Below, piece after piece: positions 36,782 to 48,700 of a stretch of DNA of 64,000 bases; within the stretch, counting starts at the first letter, position 1; every line of letters begins with the position of its first letter. This stretch comes from Macrostomum lignano. Lineage: Eukaryota. The position numbers were made by a program, and so were the translations under genes. Under the pieces are notes generated by a model that saw nothing but the letters and a program-made list of their open reading frames with translations, made no database searches and was not told the DNA's origin. The stretch is taken from contig NIVC01003610.1 in the NCBI GenBank assembly GCA_002269645.1, forward strand, positions 24,057 through 88,056, in the 5' to 3' direction.

Positions 36782-39700
36782 ATGGCCAGTGCCAGTCTGT
36801 GCGCTGACGCCCCGGTGCTGATGGCCACCCAGCGGGCCAACAAGCACATTCTGCTGCGTCTGGACCGCGGCCGCCGCGTCCGTCTGGTCCGCGAGGTGTA
36901 CCTCCGGTCTGACGTGCCCTGCTGCTCCGAGCTGTGCCGGCGGGGATGCCAGGCGCCTGCGGACGGCTGCGCCAGCCTGCCCGCCGCCCTGACTCACTAC
37001 GTCCTGCCCGACTGCGCCGCTGCCCGCGCCTACTGGGAGCTGTTCGAGCTGCCCGAGGTGGAGGGCGTCCTGCTGACCCTCACCAGCCTGCACCACATCC
37101 AGGGCGCCGGCGGCAGGCGGCTGTACAACCGGGTCAAGTCGCAGCTGCGCGATCCCAGGCAGAGCACCGCCCTGTTCGACAACGAGTTCCAGGCCGAGTG
37201 CTGGCGCGACAGGCGGCCCGGCGAGTCCGAGGACCAGCACGCTGCCGGCCTGAACTGGAGCGCCGCCCGCTGGTACGCCCAGCACCTGGACTATGCGGTG
37301 AGACTGCTGCTTGCTGATGTCCGGCCCTGACCTTCAGCTGACAGAAATCCCCATGGACCTCAATCCCAGATCTTTCCTCTCTCCCAGGCCCCTTTCACTC
37401 ACAGATCCCTTCCATTCACAGATCCTTTCCATTCACAGATCCCTTCCATTCACAGATCTTTTCCACTCACAGATCCCTTCCATTCACAGATCCTTTCCAC
37501 TCACAGATCCCTTCCATTCACAGATCTTTTCCACTCACAGATCCCTTCCATTCACAGATCTTTTCCACTCACAGATCCCTTCCATTCACAGATCTTTTCC
37601 ACTCACAGATCCCTTCTATTCACAGATCCTTTCCATTTACAGATCCCTTCTATTCACAGATCCCTTCCATTTACAGATCCCTTCCATTCACAGATCTTTT
37701 CCACTCGCAGATCCCTTCCATTCACAGATCCCTTCCATTCACAGATCTTTTCCACTCACAGATCCCTTCCACTCACAGATCCCTTCCATTCACAGATCTT
37801 TTCCACTCACAGATCCCTTCCGTTCACAGATCCCTTCCATTCACAGATCCCTTCCACTCACAGATCCCCTCCGCTCACAGATACCTTCCATTCACAGATC
37901 CCTTCCACTCACAGATCCCTTCCGTTCACAGATCCCTTCCATTCACAGATCCCTTCCACTCACAGATCCCCTCCGCTCACAGATGCCTTCCACTCACAGA
38001 TCCCCTCCGCCCACAGATGCCTTCCACTCACAGATCCCCTCCGCTCACAGATACCTTCCATTCACAGATCCCTTCAGCTGCAGACTCCCACACCAACAGA
38101 TCCCCTCCGCATACAAATCCTTTCACCCACGGATATTTTCCGTTCACTGATCCCTTCCAGTCACAAAACCCCTCACTCACGGATTCCCAGGCCTAGGCCC
38201 TCAGAAGAAATCCCGTTTAATCCTCACGTGCCAGATCCCCATCGTGCTGGTGACGGACGGGACGGTGGAGCCCTGCCAGCCCGAAGACAAGGGCGGTGTG
38301 GACGTGCTCAGCGTGGCGGACTACGTAGCCCGTTTCCATGGCGACAAGCCGCAGGTGACGCAGATCTTTGAGTCGCTGCGCGCCTCACTGGCAGCGGCAG
38401 AGGCCGCCAGCAGCGCGGAGGGCAGCGCCGGGGAATCGACGCGCGGTGACTACCCGGAGCACCTGTCTGCCGAGAGCCTGAAGGCCGGCGTGAAGTCCGG
38501 CCAGTTTCTGCAGGGCTGCCTGCACGTCAGCCGCAAGTCCGGCCAGGACACCGCTGTGGTTTCGCTGAGCGGCGGCGCGCAGATGCTTGAGTTGAAGGCC
38601 TCCAGGTCTGTGCTTCCCCTGTTCGTCTCCGGGGAACTCGGAGAGAACTCCCCATTCAGCTGGTTGGATTCCCTGATTTTCACTCGGATATCCTTTGGTC
38701 TCTATTCGATCTTAGTGAGCAGTAACCCTGATCCCTGACCGGCAACCAGAAATCCCTGACCAGCAACCAGAATCCCTGACCAGCAACCAGAATTCCCTAA
38801 CAGCAACCAGAAATCCCTGACCAGCAACCAGAAATCTCTGATGGGCACCCAGAAATCCCTGCCCAGCAACCAGAAATCCCTGACCAGCAACCAGAATCCC
38901 TGATCGGCAACCAGGAATCTCTGATCAGCAACCAGGAATCCCTGACCAGCAACCAGAAATCCCTGACCAGCAACCAGAAATCCCTGATCAGCAACCAGGA
39001 ATCCCTGAACAGCAACCAGAAATCCCTGACCAGCAGCCAGAAATCCCTGACCAGCAACCAGGAATCTCTGACCAGCAGCCAGAAATCCCTGACCAGCAAC
39101 CAGGAATCTCTGACCAGCAACCAGAAATCTCTGATCGGCACCAGAAATCCTGACCAGAAACCAGGAATCCCTGACCAGCAACCAGAAATCCCTGACCAGC
39201 AACCAGAAATCCCTGACCAGCAACCAGGAATCCCTGAACCAGCAACCAGAAATCTCTGACCAGCAACCAGGAATCCCTGACCAGCAACCAGAATCCCTGA
39301 CCAGCAACCAGAAATCCCTGACCAGCAACCAGAAATCCCTGACCAGCAACCAGAAATCCCTGACCAGCAACCAGAAATCCCTGACCAGCAACCAGAAATC
39401 CCTGACCAGCAACCAGAAATCCCTGATCGATTCCCAATCCCAGAGGCGAGATCCTGATCGTCGGGCAGCGCGACCGGAACCGGGCGGTGCACGGCGACAT
39501 TGTGTGCGTCCAGCTGCTGCCCAAGGCCTCCTGGGCCCAGCCAGTCGAAGGCGAGCAGCAGACGGCGGACTCGGCCGCCGCCCCCACCGGCCGCGTGGTG
39601 GGCATCGCGCAGCGCAACTGGCGCGACTACGTGTGCTCGGTGGAGCCCGCCGCTGACGGCTCCAGCAAGGACTCCGGCGCGTCCAAACGAATCCTCGCTG

Positions 39701-42700
39701 TGCCCTGGGACCGCCGCGTGCCCAAGATCCGCATAGCAACCAGCCAGGCTGCCGCTCTGGCCAGCCAGAGGTTCGTGGTTCGAATCGACGCCTGGCCGGC
39801 GGACAGCCAATACCCGAACGGCCACTTCGTGCGGCCGCTGGGCGCCGTGGGCCACCTGGAGACGGAGACTCAGGCGCTGCTGATTGAGCACGGCCTGGCT
39901 GTCCGGGAGTTCTCGGCCAAGCAGCTGGCCGAGCTGCCTGCGGTCACTGAGGACCAGCCGTGGCAGGTCGACCCGCAGGAGGTGGCCAAGCGGCGGGACC
40001 TGCGCCAGTCTCACCTGGTGTTCAGCATCGACCCGGTCGGCTGCGTTGATGTGGACGACACTCTGTCGGTCAGGTGATTTATGGCAGGGGGTTCTGGTCT
40101 TGTTTCACCGTGTTAGTGACGGCGTGCGCATCAGCTAGTTTCACTTGGCGGGCAGCCATGGTCAGCTGGTCATCTTTCACTCTCAGGTCTATCTCTCTCA
40201 CTCTCAGGTCTATCTCTCCCACTCTCAGGTATATCTCTCCCACTCTCAGATCTATCTCTCCCACTCTCAGGTCTATCTCTCCCACTCTCAGGTCTATCTC
40301 TCCCACTCTCAGGTCTATCTCTCCCACTCTCAGGTCTATCTCTCACTCAGGTCTATCTCTCCCACTCTCTGGTCCGCCTCTCCCACTCTCAGTTCTATCT
40401 CTCCCACTCTCTGGTCCATCTCTCTCACTCTGGTCCACGTCTCCCACTCTCAGGTTTATCTCTCTCACGCTCTGGTCTATCTCACTCACGCTCTGGTCTA
40501 TCTCCTACTCTCTGGTCTATCTCTCACACTCATGTCTATCTCTCTTACTCAGGTCTATCTCTCTCACTCTGGTCCACCTCACCCACTCTCAGGTCTATCT
40601 CTCCCACTCTCAGGTCCTTCTATCCCACTCTCAGGTCTATCTCTCCCACTCTCAGGTCTATCTCTCCCACTCTCAGGTCTATCTCTCCCACTCTCAGGTC
40701 TATCTCTCCCACTCTCAGGTCTATCTCTCCCACTCTCAGGTCTATCTCTCCCACTCTCAGATCTATCTATCCCACTCTCAGGTCTATCTCTCCCACTCTC
40801 AGGTCTATCTCTCCCACTCTCAGGTCTATCTCTCCCACTCTCAGGTCTATCTCTCCCACTCTCAGGTCTATCTCTCCCACTCTCTGGTCTATCTCTCCCA
40901 CTCTCAGATCTATCTATCCCACTCTCAGGTCTATCTCTCCCACTCTCAGGTCTATCTCTCCCACTCTCAGGTCTATCTCTCCCACTCTCAGGTCTATCTC
41001 TCCCACTCTCAGGTCTATCTCTCCCACTCTCAGATCTATCTATCCCACTCTCAGGTCTATCTCTCCCACTCTCAGGTCTATCTCTCCCACTCTCAGGTCT
41101 ATCTCTCCCACTCTCAGGTCTATCTCTCCCACTCTCAGGTCTATCTCTCCCACTCTCTGGTCTATCTCTCCCACTCTCAGGTCCTTCTATCCCACTCTCA
41201 GGTCTATCTCTCCCACTCTCAGGTCTATCTCTCCCACTCTCAGGTCTATCTCTCCCACTCTCAGGTCTATCTCTCCCACTCTCTGGTCTATCTCTCCCAC
41301 TCTCAGGTCTATCTCTCCCACTCTCAGGTCTATCTCTCCCACTCTCAGGTCTATCTCTCCCACTCTCTGGTCTTATCTCCCATGCAGCAACTCTGTATAA
41401 TATTCTTTCCTTTGCCCTCTTCTATATACGTATCTTTCTTTTGTCCTTTTACCTTCGCTAAAGCATTAAGTGATTTTATTGCAAGCCCCTTGGCCAGTGT
41501 TTCCACTTCGAAATCAGTTTCATTTCTACCACAAACGTGGTTTCCAGCATAGCCGCTGCGGGACTGTCTGAATGTCTGTTTATTTTATTCAAAGGTCACA
41601 GTATTGGGTACTATCATGCAGTGCTTAACATTCAAATCCCAACACCAGTAGCTACTGGTTTGTAGCGAGTGAGTCCGTTATGAGTTCAGTTAGCTATGGG
41701 ACTGCTCAGCCCAGCGCCACCACGGCCACGCCCAGCCGATCGAGGCTCTGTCCCACCAGCTCGCGTGACTCTTCGTAGGCCTGCGTCAGCTGCGCTTTGT
41801 CTATGTACTGCCGGCCTGTGGTGCGACGGTTACAGTGCCCGGGTCTTTAATAATAAAGATAATCCTAGGTGCGAGTGTCCGAATATCCTAGACTCTATGT
41901 GCCAGTGTCCGATTATCCTAGAGTCTATGTGCCTGTGTCCGAATGTCCTAGAGTCTGTGTGCCAGTGTCCGATTATCCTAGAGTCTGTGTGCCTGTGTCC
42001 GAATATCCTAGAGTCTGTGTGCCGGTGTCCGAATATCCTAGAGTCTGTGTGCCAGTGTCCGAATATCCTAGAGTCTGTGTGCCTGTGTCCGATTATCCTA
42101 GAGTCTAGGTGCCAGTGTACGAATATCCTAGAGTCTAGGTGCCAGTGTACGAATATCCTAGAGTCGGTGTGGCAGTGTCCGAATGTCCTAGAGTCTGTGT
42201 GCCAGTGTCCGAAATCCTAGAGTCTGTGTGCCAGTGTCCGAATATCCTAGAGTCTGTGTGCCAGTGTCCGAATGTCCTAGACTCTGTGTGCCAGTGTCCG
42301 AATGTCCTATACTCTGTACCAGTGTCCGAATATCCTAGAGTTTATGTGCCAGTGTCCGAATATCCTAGAGCTTACACTGTAGGTGCCTGTGTCCGATTAT
42401 CCTAGACTCTGTGTGCCAGTGTCCGAATATCCTAGAGTCTAGGTGCCAGTGTCCGAATATCCTAGAGTCTAGGTGCCAGTGTCCGAAAGCCCAGAGCCTA
42501 GGGTTTCAGAGTCCTAGAGCTGATCAGCGCCTGCACTCACCGCACTTGGCGTGCAGTCCAACTGTCTGCCGTCAATGTGTGCCAGAGCGCGTCGCCGCGA
42601 GGCCAGTGTGCAGTAGAGCCGAATTCCGAGGAATGTACTCCTGTTTCCGATCTAGTAGAGTCTCAGTGTCCGAGTGAGTAGTGTCCGAATATCCTAGAGT

Positions 42701-45700
42701 CTAGGTCCCGAGTGTCCGAATATCCTAGAGTCTCCAGTGTCCGATTGCCCAGAGAGTCAACTGCGGTTATTTCAGAGGTGCCGCAGTTGATATCAGAGCA
42801 GGCAATTAGCTGCCATCCCTACATCCGGTGTACACCTGCCCCAGCTTTGCAGTCCAACTTTCAGGCTGCCGTCAATGGTGGTGGCCGGGTAGTTGGCGCT
42901 GAGTCGCACGCGAGGCCGCCCTCTTGTGCAGTAGTTGGCCAGGGCCGACTGCATGTCTCTGAGGAATCCGCGCTCCGCCGCATTCCACTGCAGGCAGATT
43001 AAGACACGTGATTTGCTTTTCCCGAGGCAAGAGAGACTTAAGACAGCCTAGAACTCACAATGGCCTTGTCCACGGGTAGTAGCTTGAGTACCTCTTGGCG
43101 CCGCCGATGTACAACTCCAAGGTGTTGGCGTCTTCCTCTAAGTCAACTGCGGGTTATTTAGTTGGCAGAGGTGCCGCAGTTGATAGTGCAGCATTTGGCA
43201 GGCAATTAGCATGCCATCCCGCTGACATCCGGTGTACACCTGCCCCAGCTTTCTCATTGTCAGTGTATTGAAGTATATCGCCAGGCCGCTCACCCTCGCA
43301 GTATTCTCCGTGAACCCGTCCCGGCAGATGCATTCGCAGCTGTCATCAGTTGCTATCGGTGTTGCCCCGTTCAGGCACCGGATGTTTTCCTGCTGACACT
43401 TGTTGCAGGACTGGACAAATGCTCTGGGCAGCGCGCTCTGAATTCGCTCTGTAGTATTGGAATGATATAAAATCTCAGTATTTTAGTGCCGACAAACCTT
43501 AAATCGGTTTGCTAACTCACTTTCGCACACGTCGCCGTAGAAGTTGTCTTCGCACATGCAGAAATCGTACGGTCCGTAGTATTGCATCTGGCCGCAGTTC
43601 AGGCACCGCCGCTGCACCGCAGATCCTGGTAGGATTGTATTGAGGTTCCATGGTTGCACTTACGCTGTTGGATCGGTGGTTTTGTCTGTCTACGAGTAAG
43701 TGGACATTGAACCGGGGTCTGTAGGCTGTCTATCTATGCTTGTTTGAGATAAAGCCGCACTTATCTTGGAGGTCTAAAATAAGTCGTAAATGGTTGAAGC
43801 CTGCTATGTCAGTATTGACAGGATACTCACTAACGGGACTCTCCGAGTCCAGCACGGTGCACATGCCGTCCTCACAGGCCGTGGCGTAGCCGTCGTAGCC
43901 GCACAGCTCGCACGGATCTTCGCCAGGCTTTTTAGCCCTGTACGGCGGCTCCTTGTACATGCTGTTTGAAGTGGGGAGTGGCTGGTGTCAGACTAGTGAT
44001 TGCATAAACTGCTGAGTGGTTTCAGCTTCAACGCATTGAAATTTCGACAAGGAAAATGAATGGCACTTTTTTAAGTATCAAGTATTTTTATCCCATCGCT
44101 TACCTTTCGTACTCGCACACGGCCAGGTTGTTGACAGCTCCATCAGCTCCTCGGCAGCTGTTGATGCTGCAGCCCACCTGGGTCATGTCGGCCCGCACAA
44201 TCTGCAGGTAGTGGCCGCATGTGCGAAAAAATCCGTAGGTGCCTTGGTACTCTCCTGTACCAACTAGACAGCGGCTGTTCTCGAAGTCGTACAGCTCCCT
44301 CTCCAGGAACATCAATGTGAGGATCTCGGTGAAGTTGTCCTTGCCGCCCAGGTACATGTTCTCACCTTTGCCGGCGTAGTCCCCGCCTGTGTTGTGCTCG
44401 AACACGCAGGTCTGGGCGGCCCTTTCTGCCAGGGCTTCCAGTGCTGGGGACCATTCCTGCAGTGCGCGCGTAGCGTGGATGAGCTGCGTAAATTAATGTT
44501 ACATATCCACCGAGTAATATCTAAGTTTTGATCAGCCAAAAACATTGAACAAAACAATTTTCAATTAAATTTATTAATATTCTATTCTTTATTTTGACTT
44601 GATGGAATGACTGCAAACAAAACGGTGTCTAATAATATAATTAATATAATTGATTACACCTGCCCCAATTGGGCCAGATGTGCAATCGACAGCTCAGCCG
44701 CAGCTATGCGCGGCGCATCTGCAGGCTGCGTACGGCTGTTCAGTCCAAGGACTGGGGGGGGGGGGGGTCGCCACACACACCCTCATTTACCCCAGCTAAT
44801 GCTGGCACCCATTTTACAGCTGGGTGAACTGAAGCAATGCAGAGTTAAGTGTCTTGCTCAAGGACACATTGTTCCAGTGGGATCGGGAATCGAACCCCCG
44901 ATCTTCAAGTCGTGAGTCCGACGCTCTAATCACTAGGCTGCAACCTCCTTAATAGGATTGCCAGTGCATAAATATCCGTGCTAAGATCATCTTAAAAGTA
45001 TCTGGAAGTAAAAATTGTGCGAAGTTGAGAGGTGTGCAAGAACCAAAAGAAAGGTGCCGTCTCGAGAATTCATGAATGGCCCAGCCCAGTTACAGCTTCA
45101 GTGGGTGAAACGGTGTACAAGAGCTCCGAGTGTAAAGTCAGATCGAGTTAAGCAACTGTTATCGCGCACAAAAGTCGAAACTATAATGTGCTGGAGAAAA
45201 TATCTTGTTACCGGCCTTGAAACTTTTCTTTTTAGTTATGAACTTAAAAGTGAAAGAGACTGATACGGTCTGATCCTGTCTTACCAATCTGGCCATGCCC
45301 ACTGCCTCCGGATAGACATTCCTCCTGAGGTAGTTGTGCGCCTCTAGCGCCTCGCGTCGCAGTGCGTCCGTCATGCCGCAGCTGCCGGGCTCAGCCACAG
45401 ACAGCAGGAGCAGAATTGGCAGCGCCAAGCTCATTCCGCTGGTTCGACTTTGCATGCTTTCTAGCCGGGCCAAAGCCTTAGCAACTGCGATGAGTTGCTG
45501 CTTTTTTATCATCGCAGGCGTCAGCTCATAATTGGCCTCGTAAATTCATTCTGTTGAGTTTGCTCTGCTGTCAGCAACTGGATTTTCATGCCAGTAGTAT
45601 CTGGGTTGACTCTTCACTCTCCTCGCCCTGCTGCCACTGTTAAGCTAGGCTCCGATCCACCAATTATTATGGCATCCATTGCCACTTCCGGTAGAGGCTG

Positions 45701-48700
45701 GACCCTTGATTATTTGTCCTTAATTGGCCTAGTGAACTTTAACATTTCTCTGTGAGTTTGTAGGGCAACTATTTCGTCATATGAAGAGCCAGTGTGACTT
45801 ATTTGATCCACTGCCGACTCTTATAAACTAAAAAACCCAGCTGGATGTTGATCGTTTTGATAAAATCCGGTCTTAAATTTATCTGAATTACCGATAGTTT
45901 ATTTCAAACGGCAGTAAATCATCAGTTTTTAATAAGACAGCTTCATAGTTTACTAGCGCGTATCTAGCTCTTATAACAGAAAGGAGGTTAAAGTTGCTAT
46001 TCGAAATTTCACTTGCTGTGGGGTCATTTCAGCTCTTTTTATTTAAACTCTGAGAATATGCCATCACCCAGAAAAAGAAAAAAGTAAAACAGGTGTTTAT
46101 TTCATTCAGAGATCCGCTGATGTGCCACTCGGTCTTATGATCACTCGTATCTGATTGTGGTCACTCCCATGTACGTCAGGAAAGTCTTGATGCTGCTATT
46201 TGCTTTCGCAGCTGCCGTCAGAACTGCATTGCGGTTCACGTAGGGAGTTGAAGGTCCTGTTAAATTAGCGGTCCATGGAAGAAAGTTAAAGACAAGCATG
46301 TGCGGATTTATATCTATCGTCAGCAGTCATGTCCTTATATTTCTGCTAAAAGCAATGCTAAAAAAGTTAAAAAGCGAATAGGTTTCCTTCATAAATCAAT
46401 AAGGCGAGTCCGGCCTACCTCCGCATCGCATTCCGTAGAAGCCAAGCGGACAAGTACACTTGCACTGAATCCCGTCGTCCGTTCTGTTGCCGTAGTTCAG
46501 GCAGGTGATCTCCGTTGCAAATGTCTTGCTGCTTGTAGGCAGTGTCCGTTCGAGTGAAGCAGCCATTGTACTTAAGTTGATGCGAGCTCACCCAGCTGCC
46601 CGCTGATAGGGGCTGGTTCTCCGATACCCTTGTAGTAACAGAGTCCGTTCTGCGAGTAGGACGCCATCAGGTGGCGGCACTTGGTGCCAGGTTCCCCGGC
46701 TTCGTAGGGCGGGTTCATCACTCCCCTGTTACCGATTTGGAGGGTTTGTGAAGTCTGCCCTGCTGATGCAATGGAAGCTGGAAAAATCATTAGTTAAGAG
46801 GCTTACTTGTTATACTCGCAGAAGACGAGGTTGTTGCCGTCGGGGCACTGCTTCAGCCCGCAGCCCATGCGCATTACATTGGCCGACACCAGCTGCAGGT
46901 AGTGGCCGCAGGTTGTAAACATCGAGTACTTGCTGCCGCTGTTGATATTGCACGAGGAAGTCTTGAAGTTGAAGTTCTCCCTCTCTAGGAACATGAACAT
47001 GAAGATCTCGGACAGGTTGCGCCGCGCCTTTGTAGACATTCTCGCCTAAGCCGGCGTATGGCCCGTCGTAGTTGTGCTGGAAGATGCACTTGTCAGCAGC
47101 GCTCTGGGCCAGCTGGGCCAGGTTGTCGTCCCATAGCTGTGTACGAGGATAAAATTAACTGCAATGATTCGTTCGTGTCTGGAATTTACGCGTCTTGGTT
47201 AGAAAGAATTTTCGCGTCTTGGAAAGACGCTTTCTAGCAGCAACTTCTCCCGGTGCTGGAGTCCTGGTCTCGTAGTCTCGAAGCCAGTGCATATTACTGT
47301 CTACATATTAAAGACTCACCACGCCGTTCATGTCACCAGCTCTGGGCACCACATTGCGCCTGAGGTGATTGGTAAACTGCAAGCCCTCCTGCTTCTCAGC
47401 ATCGGTGAGCTGGCCCCAGCAACAGGAAGGCAGCAGCAGTATCAGCAATGACAGCCAGTTCATCATGCTGTCACAAACTAAATGGCAAATCTGTTAAAGT
47501 ACTTCAGACCTTCCTGTATGACGAAGCTTCCTGTATCACCGCAATCCGATTAGACATTTTCTTTGTCTTTTTATAGCTTTACGCAGGCCGAGCAATTAAA
47601 TAACTTCTTTTGTCGAGCGCTTCTTTGACTTCCTCTACCTGCAGAATGCGAGCTCTAGTTTTTTATTAGCTTCCAACGGGTAGAAGCCGTGTCCGTGCAT
47701 GCCTTAAGACTGCCGATCGGGTCTGAAAACTGCTTCCGCTCTGGAAACTCCACTGATTTGGCCTCCCGCAGCATTCTGATTCCGGAAATGAAAAAAGCCG
47801 CCCAGAAGCAGATAATTGGCTAGTTGTAGAGGGGGGGGGGTTACGGCTCGACAGGATGAAGGTTGGCGCAGGTGGAGGGCGAACCAATTTCCTCAGAGTT
47901 AACTTGTCGGCATTTTTCTTTCTTTGAAGCTGTTTGATTGAGCAGCTAAGATCGTGACTCTACTTGAAGCTCACTTGTCAGTTTTACCCTGTCTTGATAC
48001 CTATTCATTAGTTTGACTTGTAAATCAATCCCGATGCCACTCATCTATTCGGATACTTGGCAGGCGGCTGGACAACGGCAACATCGAATTGGGGGTGCAC
48101 ATCGCCGATGTGACCCACTTTGTGAAGGCCAACTCGCTGTGCGACATTGAGGCCAGGCAGCGCTGCACCAGCATCTACCTGGCTGACAGGCGGTACGACA
48201 TGCTACCACTGCTGCTGTCCGGCAACCTCTGCTCTCTGTGGAGTCAGGTGAGAGCTGCGGATCTGACACCTGACTCAGATCTGAGCCGGATTTCAGGTAT
48301 GTCTAACTCGTCACGCCCGCAGGTGGACAGGTACGCCGTGTCGGTGATTTGGGAGCTGACCCCGGACACGGAGGTGGTCAGTGTGTGGTACGGCCGCACC
48401 GTGATCCGCTCCGCCTACAAGCTGTTCTACGAGATGGCCCAGCGGATCCACGACGGCGAAGCCATGGAGACAGCCGTGCCGGACATCCCGGAGCTCGCGC
48501 CGCTGCTCAAGCGAGACCGCGACCTGCTACGCCGCCGCTTCGCCCAGCTGCGGGAGGCCGTCAGCCTATTGGTGGGCGTGGCCAACACCATCAAGGCCAG
48601 GCGGATGGCCTGCGGCGGGCTCGAGCTCGAGGGTGTCGAGGTGCAGGCCAAGTTCGCCGACCCGGAGCGAACCCAGCTGGAGGACCTGGTGCCCAAGGCG

